A stretch of 24,032 bases of DNA from Candidatus Krumholzibacteriota bacterium (GCA_039714075.1 JBDLKA010000053.1:1-24032); one strand, 5' to 3'. Shown: positions 1 through 9,694, counted from the stretch's first letter. The notes: generated by a model from the letters alone, not told the origin. Numbers and translations: made by a program.

Positions 1-128
1 CCGCAGGAAGCGATCCGAAGGATCGCGACGAGGACATCAAAATTTACCCCTGCACCACGCCTCCAGGCCACCACGAAGCGCCTCATACCTGATCCGCCGC
101 CTGGAACCAATAAAGGAAACCGCCAGTA

Positions 129-2114
129 ATGGCCTTGCTTTCAATACAGAATGCATTTTTCGACTACGGGCGGGAGAAGATCCTGAGGGGCGTCAATGTC
201 GCTCTCCAGCCGGGGGTGAAGTACGCGTTGGTGGGGGCCAACGGGGCCGGAAAAACCACGTTGTTGGCGGCCTTGGCGGGGGAGCTTCAGCTGCATGGGG
301 GGACGCGGCAAGTTATGGGGTCGGCGACGATCAGGATGCTGCGGCAGGAAACCACCATCGATCCCACTGCAAGCGATTCGGGGCTGCTCCTTGAAACGGT
401 GGCGGGTTCGGCCTTTGCCCGGGAACGGGAAATTGAGGGAAAACTGGCCCTGGTGGCGGCAGAAATCGCGCACGCGGAGCCGACGGAACAGGCGGCGCTG
501 GTGGAACAGCAGGGGAAACTCCAGGACGAGTTCGAGCACCTGAACGGATACACCATGAAGGCCCGGCTCGAAACGGCTTTGCGCGGGGTTGGGCTGATGC
601 CGGAAACATGGGATCGGCCGGTGAACCAATTGTCCGGAGGAGAGCGCCGGCGAGCGGCACTGGCGACGGTTTTGTTGCGGAACGCCGACCTGCTGCTGCT
701 GGACGAACCGACCAACCACCTGGATCTGGAATCGTGCGAATGGTTGGAAGGGTTTCTTGAAGCCTATCCCGGGGCGGTGGTTCTCGTCTCGCACGACCGG
801 CATTTCCTGGACCGCGTCGCGCGGAAGACCCTGCATCTGGACCGGGGCCGCCTGGTCAGCTACTCGGGCAACTATTCCTTTTTCGATGAACAAAGCCGGC
901 TGCGCTACCAGCAGGAACTCAGCGCCTGGCAGCGGCAGCAGACCAAGATCCGCCAGACCGAAGAATACATCCGGCGCAATATCGAAGGCCAGAAAACCAG
1001 GCAGGCCCAGTCGCGCCGCAAGCAGCTGGAAAAAGAGGAAAAGCTGGAAAAGCCCACCACCGAGCCGGGCCTGTTCCGCTTTCACCTGAACCCGGTGCGC
1101 CCCAGCGGCGGCACGGTGCTGGAAACCGAGGGACTGGCCAAGGGTTGGGACGGGCGCGCCCTGATGTCGGGCCTGGACCTGCACGTTTCCCGGGGCGACC
1201 GCATCGGCATCATCGGGCCCAACGGTTGCGGCAAATCGACCTTGTTGAAAATGATGGCCGGCCGGATCGTTCCGGACGCGGGCCGGGTGGTTATAGGGCA
1301 CAACGTGGACCTGGGTTTCTACGACCAGGAGCTGACCGGAGTCTCGGACCACAACACGGTGCTGTCCGAGATGATGTCCGTGGACCCGGTCCCCACCCTG
1401 GGCGAGCACCGGTCCTTCCTGGGGGCTTTCGGTTTCGGCGAAGATCTTCACGACCGCCAGGTGAGCCGCCTGTCGGGCGGCGAGCGCGGGCGGCTTTCGC
1501 TGCTGCGCCTGATCAAGGAAGGCCACAACACCCTGCTGTTGGACGAGCCCACCAATCATCTGGACATCCGCAGCCGCGAATCCCTGGAAGCGGCGCTGGC
1601 CGAATTCACGGGCACGATGGTGGTCGTCTCCCATGACCGGCGTTTCCTGGACAAGATCGTTCACAAGCTGATCGTGTTTTCGGGGGACGGCTCGGCAAGG
1701 GTGTTCGCGGGGAACTATGCCGACTATGTCTGGAAGCGGAAGCAGGAGCAGCAGACCACGACGACGGTGGCCAAACCGGAAAGGCCTGCCGGCAACGGTG
1801 GGCGGAAGACAGAGCGGGCGGCGGCGACCCCGTCCGGCGTCGGGGCCGCGCCATTGAGCAAGAATGAAATCAATCGCCGGCGGCAGAAGATAGACCGGGC
1901 CGAGGAAAAAATCCTGGAGCTGGAAGCGGCGAAAGAAGCGGCGCTGCAGGAGATGGGATCGCCCGACCTGAAAAACGATCGCCGTCTGGAACTGGCCAAC
2001 CGTTGTGCGGAAATCGATATGGAGCTTGAAATAATCCTCGCCGAATGGGAAAAGTGGAGCCTGGAAATCGAACAGGGCGCCACCAATGGACCCACGGGAA
2101 ACAACACGGAGTAG
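129..2114 (+). CDS. ABC-F family ribosome-associated ATPase (Uup/YheS/YdiF-like) with C-terminal coiled coil
   Basis: Two NBDs: Walker A GANGAGKT and GPNGCGKS, two LSGGE signatures, two LLLDEPTNHLD Walker B motifs, helical inter-domain linker, no TM segments, C-terminal coiled coil; AAGGA upstream of the ATG. Confidence 0.93.
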   Translation: MALLSIQNAFFDYGREKILRGVNVALQPGVKYALVGANGAGKTTLLAALAGELQLHGGTRQVMGSATIRMLRQETTIDPTASDSGLLLETVAGSAFAREREIEGKLALVAAEIAHAEPTEQAALVEQQGKLQDEFEHLNGYTMKARLETALRGVGLMPETWDRPVNQLSGGERRRAALATVLLRNADLLLLDEPTNHLDLESCEWLEGFLEAYPGAVVLVSHDRHFLDRVARKTLHLDRGRLVSYSGNYSFFDEQSRLRYQQELSAWQRQQTKIRQTEEYIRRNIEGQKTRQAQSRRKQLEKEEKLEKPTTEPGLFRFHLNPVRPSGGTVLETEGLAKGWDGRALMSGLDLHVSRGDRIGIIGPNGCGKSTLLKMMAGRIVPDAGRVVIGHNVDLGFYDQELTGVSDHNTVLSEMMSVDPVPTLGEHRSFLGAFGFGEDLHDRQVSRLSGGERGRLSLLRLIKEGHNTLLLDEPTNHLDIRSRESLEAALAEFTGTMVVVSHDRRFLDKIVHKLIVFSGDGSARVFAGNYADYVWKRKQEQQTTTTVAKPERPAGNGGRKTERAAATPSGVGAAPLSKNEINRRRQKIDRAEEKILELEAAKEAALQEMGSPDLKNDRRLELANRCAEIDMELEIILAEWEKWSLEIEQGATNGPTGNNTE

Positions 2115-2115
2115 C

Positions 2116-3438
2116 ATGGGAACCAGACGCGACGAAGAAGCAGGATATTCCACCGAGGTCCCACGGGAACGGGCGGTCCTGGCGGGAGTGCACCTGCCTT
2201 TGGCCTGGTCCGGAGGCCTGGGGGGCGACGCCGATCTGGCCGAACTGGCCCGCCTGGCCGATACCGCCGGCGCCGACGTGGTGGGCCAGGTGGAACAGCG
2301 CCGCCCACGCCCGGCGCCAAGCACGTTCCTGGGCAAGGGCAAACTGGAAGAGCTTCAGGAGCTGGTGGAACAGACCGAGGCCACGTTGTTGATCTTCGAC
2401 AACGATCTGTCGCCCGCCCAGGGGCGGAACCTGGAGAAGGCCCTGGACATCAACATCCTGGACCGGACCGAGCTCATCCTGGACATCTTCGCCAACCACG
2501 CCAACACCAAGCAGGCCCGGCTCCAGGTCGAACTCGCGCAGCTTCAGTACCTGCTGCCGCGATTGACCCGTCTGTGGTCGCACCTTGAACGGCAGGCCGG
2601 TGGCATCGGCACGCGCGGTCCGGGTGAAACCCAGCTGGAAACGGACCGGCGTCTGGTCAACCGGCGCCTCGCCGTGCTGAAGAAAGCCCTCGACGACATC
2701 GAAACCACGCGCCAGACCCAGGTCCGTTCACGCGAGGGCGTTTTTACCGCGGCTTTGATCGGCTACACCAACGCGGGCAAGTCGACCCTGATGAACGGCA
2801 TCACCGGGGCGGGGGTGTATGTGAAGGATCAGCTCTTCGCCACCCTGGACGCCACCACCCGCCGCGTCGACGTCGATGAACGGCGCCACTTCCTGTTGAC
2901 TGACACGGTCGGATTCATCCGGCGGCTGCCGCACCACCTGGTCGAAAGTTTCAAGGCCACCCTGCAGGAGGTGCGCGACGCCGACCTGATGGTTCACGTG
3001 GTCGACGCCTCGAGCGAGGATCCGGAGCACCAGATCGCCTCGGTCAACACGGTCCTCAAGGAGATCGTGCCCAGTGAAAAACCCACGCTGCTGGTGTTCA
3101 ACAAGATGGATCTGGTGGACGATGAACTGTTCACCAACCGCTTTTCCCGCAGTTACCCCGACGCCGTTTTCGTGGCGGGCCGCTCGGAGGAGGGCGCGCT
3201 GGCGCTGCGCGACAACATCCTGACCAGGCTGACGGGAAACGAATTGATCCGCACCGTTCGCCTGCCCATTTCCAATCTTCACTGTCTCAGCGCCTTCCAC
3301 CGCACCGGGTCGGTGCTGGGGCAGGAATTCGAGGCCGACATCTGCCTGGCCACCCTGCGCCTGACCGAGGAGGAACTCAACCGCCTGGTGTCCCGCGAAG
3401 GCGCCGTCCTGGTGGATGAACCCCCCGCAGAATCCTGA
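2116..3438 (+). CDS. hflX: GTPase HflX (ribosome-splitting factor)
   Basis: G1 GYTNAGKS, LFATLD, G3 DTVGFI, G4 NKMD, HflX motifs DRTELILDIF and GGIGTRGPGETQLE. Start placed at ATG 2116 (GGAG upstream, 1 nt after the ABC-F stop) rather than 2086. Confidence 0.95.
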   Translation: MGTRRDEEAGYSTEVPRERAVLAGVHLPLAWSGGLGGDADLAELARLADTAGADVVGQVEQRRPRPAPSTFLGKGKLEELQELVEQTEATLLIFDNDLSPAQGRNLEKALDINILDRTELILDIFANHANTKQARLQVELAQLQYLLPRLTRLWSHLERQAGGIGTRGPGETQLETDRRLVNRRLAVLKKALDDIETTRQTQVRSREGVFTAALIGYTNAGKSTLMNGITGAGVYVKDQLFATLDATTRRVDVDERRHFLLTDTVGFIRRLPHHLVESFKATLQEVRDADLMVHVVDASSEDPEHQIASVNTVLKEIVPSEKPTLLVFNKMDLVDDELFTNRFSRSYPDAVFVAGRSEEGALALRDNILTRLTGNELIRTVRLPISNLHCLSAFHRTGSVLGQEFEADICLATLRLTEEELNRLVSREGAVLVDEPPAES

Positions 3439-3606
3439 TCCGGCGGGCCGGGCCCGATCTTTGCACTGATTCCTGCCGACCCGCCAACCCTCTGTGATCA
3501 TTGCAAAGCGCCAGCCTGATTCGGGCTGTTTCTTGCGCTTTGCCCCGACTGCTATTGAAAACCTCTCTCAATTCCACGATAGCGACCGATTTCAAACCCC
3601 GGGCCA

Positions 3607-3622
3607 CGGCATAGCCTTTGCT
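3607..3622 (+). promoter_or_regulatory. Putative sigma54 (-24/-12) promoter for the minor pilin cluster
   Basis: CGGCATAGCCTTTGCT matches TGGCAC-N5-TTGCW with exact GG-N10-GC spacing, in the ~340-bp intergenic region upstream of the first pilin gene. Confidence 0.6.
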
Positions 3623-3779
3623 TTCAAATGGCAAGGCAAAGTGTGTCCGACCGTGTTCGGTGGCGGTCGAATTACGAGAAAACCCTCAAGGGAACCGAAA
3701 AATGTCCCGAAAAGGGTAACGATACACTGGCTGGGTCCGGATCCGGATCGGGATCGCGACGGGCCCCGGGGGATTGATT

Positions 3780-4235
3780 ATGAGCAAAACCAGATTTGCG
3801 AGGTGGAGCAAAATGCCGCGCTTCAAATGCAGCAGGCAGGGATTCAACCTGATCGAGTTGATGGTGATCATCGCCATCGTGGGCGTCATCGCGGGGATCT
3901 CGGCGCCGCCGATTTTCCGCTACGTCAATTCGAACCGCCTGCAGACCCATGCCGACCGTCTGGCGGCGGATCTTCAGTATGCCCGCACCCTGTCCATCTC
4001 CAACGCCACGATCCTGCGGTTTTCGAGTACGCCCGCCGGGTACCAGGTGGCCGACCCCGTAACCGGAAACATCATCCGGCAAACGGTTTTCGAACACGGC
4101 CTTGATCTGGGCCTGACGCAAACGTCGGACTTCTATCCCTGGGGTATGGCGGATCCGAACGTTTTCAACATTTCCAACGGCACCGGGACCATCACGGTGA
4201 ATCTCATGCCAACGGGCATCGTGGAGGTGCAATAG
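3780..4235 (+). CDS. Type IV minor pilin, FimT/FimU/GspH-like
   Basis: Class III signal G|FNLIELMVIIAIVGVIAGISAP with Glu5; LAADLQYARTLSI helix and terminal 'ITVNLMPTG' strand typical of FimT/GspH. Start could be 3780 or 3813. Confidence 0.85.
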   Translation: MSKTRFARWSKMPRFKCSRQGFNLIELMVIIAIVGVIAGISAPPIFRYVNSNRLQTHADRLAADLQYARTLSISNATILRFSSTPAGYQVADPVTGNIIRQTVFEHGLDLGLTQTSDFYPWGMADPNVFNISNGTGTITVNLMPTGIVEVQ

Positions 4236-4237
4236 CC

Positions 4238-4642
4238 ATGCTTCGCAGGATGAACCGGAAAATCAGGAATCTTTTGGCTACCGGGCGTCTGCCCGGCTTC
4301 GGCAATGAGGGCTTCACCCTGGTGGAGATCATGATGGTGCTGATGATCCTGACGGTGGGTGTGCTGCCCATCATCATGATCCAGCACCGGGCCCGCAACG
4401 AGGTTTCGGAGGCCGACCGTTCGACCCAGGCCATCGAACTGGCCCAGCTGCATCTGGAACGCACCAAGGGCATGGGCTTCGGCAATGCCGTCAACGATGC
4501 GGGGCAGACTGGTCAAATCGCCTGGGCTGTCCGGGTGACCAACGTGGCTTTCGGCCTGGACCGGGTCGAGGTCACCACGACCTGGCAGAACGACGGGGTC
4601 CAGGAAACGCTCATCATCGCCGATCTGATGTCCACGCGCTGA
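4238..4642 (+). CDS. Type IV minor pilin, PilV-like
   Basis: G|FTLVEIMMVLMILTVGVL prepilin motif, 'QAIELAQLHLE' and 'RVEVTTTW' motifs, second position in the cluster. Confidence 0.8.
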   Translation: MLRRMNRKIRNLLATGRLPGFGNEGFTLVEIMMVLMILTVGVLPIIMIQHRARNEVSEADRSTQAIELAQLHLERTKGMGFGNAVNDAGQTGQIAWAVRVTNVAFGLDRVEVTTTWQNDGVQETLIIADLMSTR

Positions 4643-4649
4643 CGGGGGA

Positions 4650-5237
4650 ATGGGAATGAAAACGATGAAAGCAATTAAACAATGTGACCGCCGGGGAATG
4701 ACCCTTTCGGAACTGATGATCGCCTTGGCGATTTTCGGCGTCATCATGACGGTTCTTTTCGGCTTCCTGACCGGCGCCCGCGACAGCTACAGCGACACCC
4801 GGGAACGGGCCCAGTATCAGCAGTCCATGCGGGCGGTCATGTCGCTGGTCTCGCGGGAAATCCGCTCCACCGGCTGTGACCCCAACGAAGTGGGCTTTGA
4901 CTATTTCGCAGTCGCGGATGCCGGCCAGCTCCAGTGCCGGATGGACCTGAACGGGGATTCCGATTTCGTGGATGTCGGTCCGGATGAAAACATCTCCTAC
5001 ACGTTTGTCGCCGGAGACCTGATCCGCAACAACGGGACGGGCGACCAGGTGATTCTGCGCGGGGTTCAGGCCTTGAATTTCACCTATTTCGACGCCGCGG
5101 GAAACCCGTTGGCCACACTACCGCTATCGGCGACGGACCGGGCGCTGGTCCGTTTCGTAGGCATCGATATCCAGGGCCAGACCGACCGGGGAGAACCGGT
5201 GACCTACATCACCCGCATCGCCTTGCGCAACGGGTGA
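4650..5237 (+). CDS. Type IV minor pilin, PilW/GspJ-like
   Basis: G|MTLSELMIALAIFGVIM prepilin motif, 'SREIRSTG' motif, 'LNFTYFD' and terminal 'IALRN' typical of PilW-like pilins. Confidence 0.8.
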   Translation: MGMKTMKAIKQCDRRGMTLSELMIALAIFGVIMTVLFGFLTGARDSYSDTRERAQYQQSMRAVMSLVSREIRSTGCDPNEVGFDYFAVADAGQLQCRMDLNGDSDFVDVGPDENISYTFVAGDLIRNNGTGDQVILRGVQALNFTYFDAAGNPLATLPLSATDRALVRFVGIDIQGQTDRGEPVTYITRIALRNG

Positions 5238-5279
5238 TCCAATCATGTCTCAATGCAACGCAAGGACCGGGAGCAGACA

Positions 5280-5747
5280 ATGAGCCAAACCGAAATGAAA
5301 ACCACAGCCGGCGCCCCAGATCGCGAGGGTTTTGCCATGGTGACCACCCTGTTGATCGTGCTGGTCATCAGCGTGCTTGCGGTGGGCGTGGCGTGGATCG
5401 CGGGGTCGGAAAAGAAGACGACCTTCGCCGAGTCGGTCCATGTGCAGTCGATCTATTCGGCCGATGCCGGGGGCGAGGCGGCCATCAACTTCTTGCGGAT
5501 GTCCGATATTCCTCCCCTGCGCATCGACACCGGCACGGGCCTGGTGCGGAGCCAGGCCGTCACGAACCTGCAGGGCTCCCAGACCTTCGATTACCGGGCG
5601 TTTTTCGTCATCAGGCGGGCCAGGCCCGGCTGGGGAGAAGATTATCTGGACTACGATTATCGCATTGCTTCCCACGGCAACGCCTCCCGTCTGGGGGAAA
5701 GCGGTGTGGAACTCGTGGTCAGTCGACTCTACAAAGAGGGCTATTAG
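5280..5747 (+). CDS. Type IV minor pilin, PilX-like
   Basis: G|FAMVTTLLIVLVISVLAVG lacks Glu5 (a PilX/GspK hallmark); 'SIYSADAGGEAA' resembles the PilX N-terminal A..AEAG motif; GGGAG RBS before ATG 5280. Confidence 0.78.
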   Translation: MSQTEMKTTAGAPDREGFAMVTTLLIVLVISVLAVGVAWIAGSEKKTTFAESVHVQSIYSADAGGEAAINFLRMSDIPPLRIDTGTGLVRSQAVTNLQGSQTFDYRAFFVIRRARPGWGEDYLDYDYRIASHGNASRLGESGVELVVSRLYKEGY

Positions 5748-5813
5748 TTAGATTCGGGGGATAATACGGCGAACCGAATTTCCGGCACGCCGATGAGGCA
5801 GGAGAGAAAGATC

Positions 5814-8597
5814 ATGCTGATTCATAGAAACCAAAAACTCTGGACCGTGGCAGTGGCGCTGCTGATGGGTGTGTCTTTGGCCGCCCTGACCGCGCCGACC
5901 GATGCCGCCGCCCAGGATGTCTGTGAGGTCCCCCTGTTCGTCAAACAGAACAGCGGTGGAGCCAACCTCATGATCCTGGCGGACAACTCGTTCTCCATGA
6001 ACACGGTGATCTACCATTTCGGCTACAACAAGGATGTTGTCTGGACCGGATTTTTCCAATCCGACGCCATCTATTTCGTGGCCAAGGATGGTTGGTACAC
6101 GCCGGCTGATTTCAACAGCACCTGGCCCGTCGACATCGCCAATCCGCCCCCCAGCATCTTCCTGGTCAATTCGGATAACGGTGAAGACGGCCGCTACGAG
6201 GGCAATTACCTGAATTGGCTGTATTACAACGCCACCGTGGACCAGCTCAGTTTCGTGCCCAACGTGACCCGGGTCCAGGTCCTCAAGATGGTCCTGAACA
6301 ACATCATCGCCCGGTCCGCCCGGCTGAACATGGGTATCTGTGTTTTCCAGAAGAACGACACCGGCGGTAACCTGGTCGGCCCCATCGGCAAGAGCCACAC
6401 CGCCCTGCAGTCCATCATCGCCGGTATCACAGCCAACGCCCTGACCCCGACGGGTGAATCCCTGGAAACGATCCTGGATTATTTCGGCGACAAGGTGCAG
6501 TCGCCCATCACGAGCGAGTGCCAGTACAACTTCATCCTTCTGGTCACCGACGGACTGCCGACCGTGGACCAGGGCGTCAGCCCCTACCTGTGGGACGCGG
6601 ACGGGGACGGCAACGACCCCGGTGACTGCACAAGCATCGGCTCTCCTTACGACAACTCCATGGGTTGCAGCGATCACATGGACGATGTGGCCTGGTGGAT
6701 GGCCAACGAGGACATCTACGCCGGCATGGACGGCGTGCAGAACGTCTATACCTACGTGGTCGGCTATCACGCGGACGCTCCCCTTCTGGAGGAGACCGCC
6801 ATCAACGGCCAGGGCCTGTACTTCGAGGCCAAGAACGCCGTGGAACTGTTCCTCAGCATCGAGTACGCGCTGCAGGATATCCTGCGCCGCATTTCCGCCG
6901 GTTCGGCCGTGGCGGTGGTTTCCACCGAGCGCGGCACCGACGACCGCCTGTATCGGGGCAAATTCATGCCCATCGATTGGGCCGGTTATCTCGAGTGCTA
7001 CGCGCTGCCCTACCAGCAGGATGACCAGCCCCTGTGGGAAGCCGGAAACCTCCTGCGCATGCGCAACAAAGCCGACCGTATGTTGTTCACGGCCATTGAA
7101 GACCATACGTATAAATTCGAAACAGGGAACGCTTCCGTCCTGCGGGACGAAATGGGCGCGGTGGATGACGACGAGGCCGCCAGGCTGATCCACTGGGGTC
7201 GGGGCAACTACGTCCCCGGCTACCGCTACAGTCAGGATTGGGTCCTGGGTGACATCATCCACTCCACTCCGGTTGTTGTCGGGCCGCCTTCCCAGTTCGC
7301 CATGGAACAAAGCTACGAGGATTTCCGCAAGGCCAACGAACACCGTCGCAAGATGGTTTACGTGGGGGCCAACGACGGCATGCTCCACGGTTTCGACGCG
7401 GAAACCGGGCATGAAAGCTGGGGCTTCGTGCCGCAGTTCGCGCTGCCCAAGTTCGCCGCCATGGCCGATTCCGCCTACTGCCACAACTACACCTGCGACC
7501 AGACGGTGACCGTGAAGGACGTCATGATCGACGGTGTCTGGAAAACCGTTTTGATTACCGGTGGTGGCGCGGGTAGCGCCAGCATCTTCGCCCTGGACGT
7601 CACCAACCCGGATTTGCCCAACGTCCTGTGGCAGGCGGATCTTCCCAACGGCAAGAAGGACCACTCCCAGGTGGAAGTGGTTACCGTCAACGGGAGGCCG
7701 GTTGCCCTGGTGGGCAGCGGTCTGGATACGGTGGACATGGCGTCCTATCTGTACGCCTACGACATTTCCTCCGGCAACCTGCTGGGTTCGGCCCTGTTGA
7801 GCCAGGACTTCGCGGCCCTGCGCAACAAGACCTCCCGGCCTGCCGTGGTGGACATCAATCTGGACGGACAGACCGATCTCGTCTACGTGGCGGATATGCT
7901 GGGCAGCGTGTACCGCGTCGCCCTGCAGGGAAGCGCGAAGCCCTCGGGCTGGTCGGTCAGCAAACTGTATGAAGGGACCCAGGAAATCCAGGCGGATCCG
8001 ATTGCGGCCTACGGGCCCAACGGCGCGATCTACGTCTACTTCGGGACCGGTGCCTACATCGAGGACCCGGACATGAGCAGCCTGGGACAGAACTCGTTCC
8101 TGTGCGTGTTCGATCACCACGACGGTTCCACCGCCACCATGGCCAGCATGGCCGACCAGACCTCGGGCATCACCAGTATCGGTGCCAGCCACGGCTGGTA
8201 TGTCAACCTGTGGAACGATCCCGCCGAGAGAGTCACCAAGCAGGCCGTGGTCGTGGCCGAAACGGTGATCTTCTCATCGTTCGCTCCGTCGGACGATCCC
8301 TGCGTGGCCGGGGGTGTTTCGTGGCTGTACCAGATGAAGTACGAAAACGGCGGCATTCCCGACGTGGACTACATGGTCAACGAGGAAGACCGTTCCGTGT
8401 CCCTGGGTGAAGGTATCGCCTCGTACCCCGTGGTCGATCTTTCCGAAGGAAACGCGGTGGTCCAGTCGAGTAACGCGGACATCAACGTCGAGCCGATCGC
8501 GGCCATCATCCAGCCCCTGCGCGTCCGTTCGTGGCAGGAGAATTTCGACCATGTTGCGCAGCCGCCCGCTGATGCCACCGCCGGTGGTCCGCAATAA
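5814..8597 (+). CDS. pilY1: PilY1/PilC family type IV pilus tip adhesin with vWA domain
   Basis: Signal peptide; vWA MIDAS residues (DNSFS, TPT, VTDG); PilC-propeller motifs LGDIIHSTP, YVGANDGMLHGF, ESWGFVP; Ca-binding loop DINLDGQTD; terminal RVRSWQE. Start at 5814 (AGGAGA RBS) or 5793. Confidence 0.92.
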   Translation: MLIHRNQKLWTVAVALLMGVSLAALTAPTDAAAQDVCEVPLFVKQNSGGANLMILADNSFSMNTVIYHFGYNKDVVWTGFFQSDAIYFVAKDGWYTPADFNSTWPVDIANPPPSIFLVNSDNGEDGRYEGNYLNWLYYNATVDQLSFVPNVTRVQVLKMVLNNIIARSARLNMGICVFQKNDTGGNLVGPIGKSHTALQSIIAGITANALTPTGESLETILDYFGDKVQSPITSECQYNFILLVTDGLPTVDQGVSPYLWDADGDGNDPGDCTSIGSPYDNSMGCSDHMDDVAWWMANEDIYAGMDGVQNVYTYVVGYHADAPLLEETAINGQGLYFEAKNAVELFLSIEYALQDILRRISAGSAVAVVSTERGTDDRLYRGKFMPIDWAGYLECYALPYQQDDQPLWEAGNLLRMRNKADRMLFTAIEDHTYKFETGNASVLRDEMGAVDDDEAARLIHWGRGNYVPGYRYSQDWVLGDIIHSTPVVVGPPSQFAMEQSYEDFRKANEHRRKMVYVGANDGMLHGFDAETGHESWGFVPQFALPKFAAMADSAYCHNYTCDQTVTVKDVMIDGVWKTVLITGGGAGSASIFALDVTNPDLPNVLWQADLPNGKKDHSQVEVVTVNGRPVALVGSGLDTVDMASYLYAYDISSGNLLGSALLSQDFAALRNKTSRPAVVDINLDGQTDLVYVADMLGSVYRVALQGSAKPSGWSVSKLYEGTQEIQADPIAAYGPNGAIYVYFGTGAYIEDPDMSSLGQNSFLCVFDHHDGSTATMASMADQTSGITSIGASHGWYVNLWNDPAERVTKQAVVVAETVIFSSFAPSDDPCVAGGVSWLYQMKYENGGIPDVDYMVNEEDRSVSLGEGIASYPVVDLSEGNAVVQSSNADINVEPIAAIIQPLRVRSWQENFDHVAQPPADATAGGPQ

Positions 8598-8636
8598 ATC
8601 CCGGTAGCGGGAACCGATACAGGAGGAATTGGAAAA

Positions 8637-9095
8637 ATGAAGAACTTCAAGCTGGCGATGATCTGTCTGGCGTTGGCGGCGACCGTCATGGCCGTGACCG
8701 ACGCCGAAGCGGGGCGAAAGAAAAAGCCCGCCAAGGGGGCTCGGACCGAAAAACCCGAGGAAATGAAGAAGCCCCGCCGCTTCGACAACTACCCGACCAT
8801 GGAATTCAGGGGCGGCATACTGACCAGGGACGCACATACGGGCTGGAAGATCGGGGATATGCCCCTGCATCTGAACAGCGAATGCGTGATCACCATGGAC
8901 GGCTCCGAAGTAGGAATGCTGGTCGAGGGCCGCGAGGCGGTCATCATGGGTGCCCGGATGGGTGAGGCGATCAGCGCCTATTCGATCCATGTTTCCCAGC
9001 CGGAATACAAGAACATCGGCAAGTCCATGTCGGACGAACCCAAGGAAAGAGGCCCGAACCCGAACGTCGGCAAGATCCTCAAACGGGCTGAATAA
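8637..9095 (+). CDS. Small secreted protein, possibly a DUF5666/OB-fold-like domain
   Basis: AGGAGG RBS, Sec signal ending AEA, Lys-rich linker, beta-rich core 'L..G..A.I.G......I.A..I.V'. Domain call is tentative. Confidence 0.6.
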   Translation: MKNFKLAMICLALAATVMAVTDAEAGRKKKPAKGARTEKPEEMKKPRRFDNYPTMEFRGGILTRDAHTGWKIGDMPLHLNSECVITMDGSEVGMLVEGREAVIMGARMGEAISAYSIHVSQPEYKNIGKSMSDEPKERGPNPNVGKILKRAE

Positions 9096-9112
9096 CAGCC
9101 CTGGCAAACATG

Positions 9113-9150
9113 AAAAAACGCCGGACCCAAACAGGGCCCGGCGTTTTTTT
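9113..9150. terminator. Bidirectional rho-independent terminator
   Basis: AAAAAACGCCGGACCC-aaaca-GGGCCCGGCGTTTTTTT: GC stem with one mismatch, flanked by A6 and T7 tracts, between convergent genes. Confidence 0.88.
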
Positions 9151-9163
9151 CCCTGCGGGCTGT

Positions 9164-9694
9164 CTAGAACTTCCAGTTGACGATGGGGAAGAACTTCAGT
9201 TTTTCCTTGTTCTTGATGATGTTGACGATACCGATCTGCAGACCGCTGTTCATGGTCTGGGTGATGTTCACGAATCCCAGCTGGAAGCCGCTGAACTCGT
9301 CGGCCGTGTTCCACCAGCCCCACTGGAAACCTTTTGATCCCACACCGGCCGAGTTGTAGAGACCGCTCTGGAAACCGGTGAATCCGCCCCGGGTGATGGA
9401 GATGAAGCTGTTCTGCCAGCCGGTGAACCCGCCGTCGGTGATGCCGACCAGGGCCCACTGCAGTCCGGTGACACTGCCCTTGTTGACGCCGACCAGGCTG
9501 ATGTCCAGGCCCGTCAGGTCGGTGTTCACGCCGTAGATCAGGCTGAACCGGAAAGCCTTGACCGCCTGGTCTTCACCGACGATCTGGATGGGGTTGAACA
9601 GGGAAAGATTGACGGGTCCGTCGGCCATGGCGGCCGAAGGCAGGATCGATCCAAGGGCCAGGACAATTGTGGCCACTGCGAGGATTTTCTTCAT
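9164..9694 (-). CDS. Exported GxQxGxxN-repeat protein (LA_2272/VC2662-like)
   Basis: Signal peptide ending AMA; ~15-aa repeats GLQWALVG, GWQNSFIS, GFQSGLYN, GFQWGWWN, GFQLGFVN, GLQIGIVN; ends FFPIVNWKF; AGGAGG RBS. Confidence 0.75.
   Translation of the reverse strand: MKKILAVATIVLALGSILPSAAMADGPVNLSLFNPIQIVGEDQAVKAFRFSLIYGVNTDLTGLDISLVGVNKGSVTGLQWALVGITDGGFTGWQNSFISITRGGFTGFQSGLYNSAGVGSKGFQWGWWNTADEFSGFQLGFVNITQTMNSGLQIGIVNIIKNKEKLKFFPIVNWKF

Noticed and set aside
3..92. Possible 3' end of an upstream gene (AGSDPKDRDEDIKIYP...HT*)
   Set aside because: Only 29 codons are visible and there is no recognisable motif
141..2342. 733-aa minus-strand ORF
   Set aside because: Antisense to the ABC-F and hflX genes; no domain features
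3733..3760. Short GGATC(C/G) tandem hexamers in the pil leader as a phase-variation tract
   Set aside because: Only about 3-4 imperfect units; too short to support slipped-strand switching
3494..4105. 203-aa plus-strand ORF spanning the pil promoter
   Set aside because: Overlaps the FimT-like gene out of frame and covers the promoter region; no motifs
5748..8192. 814-aa minus-strand ORF
   Set aside because: Antisense to pilY1, with the V/G/H/Q-rich composition typical of reverse-frame artefacts
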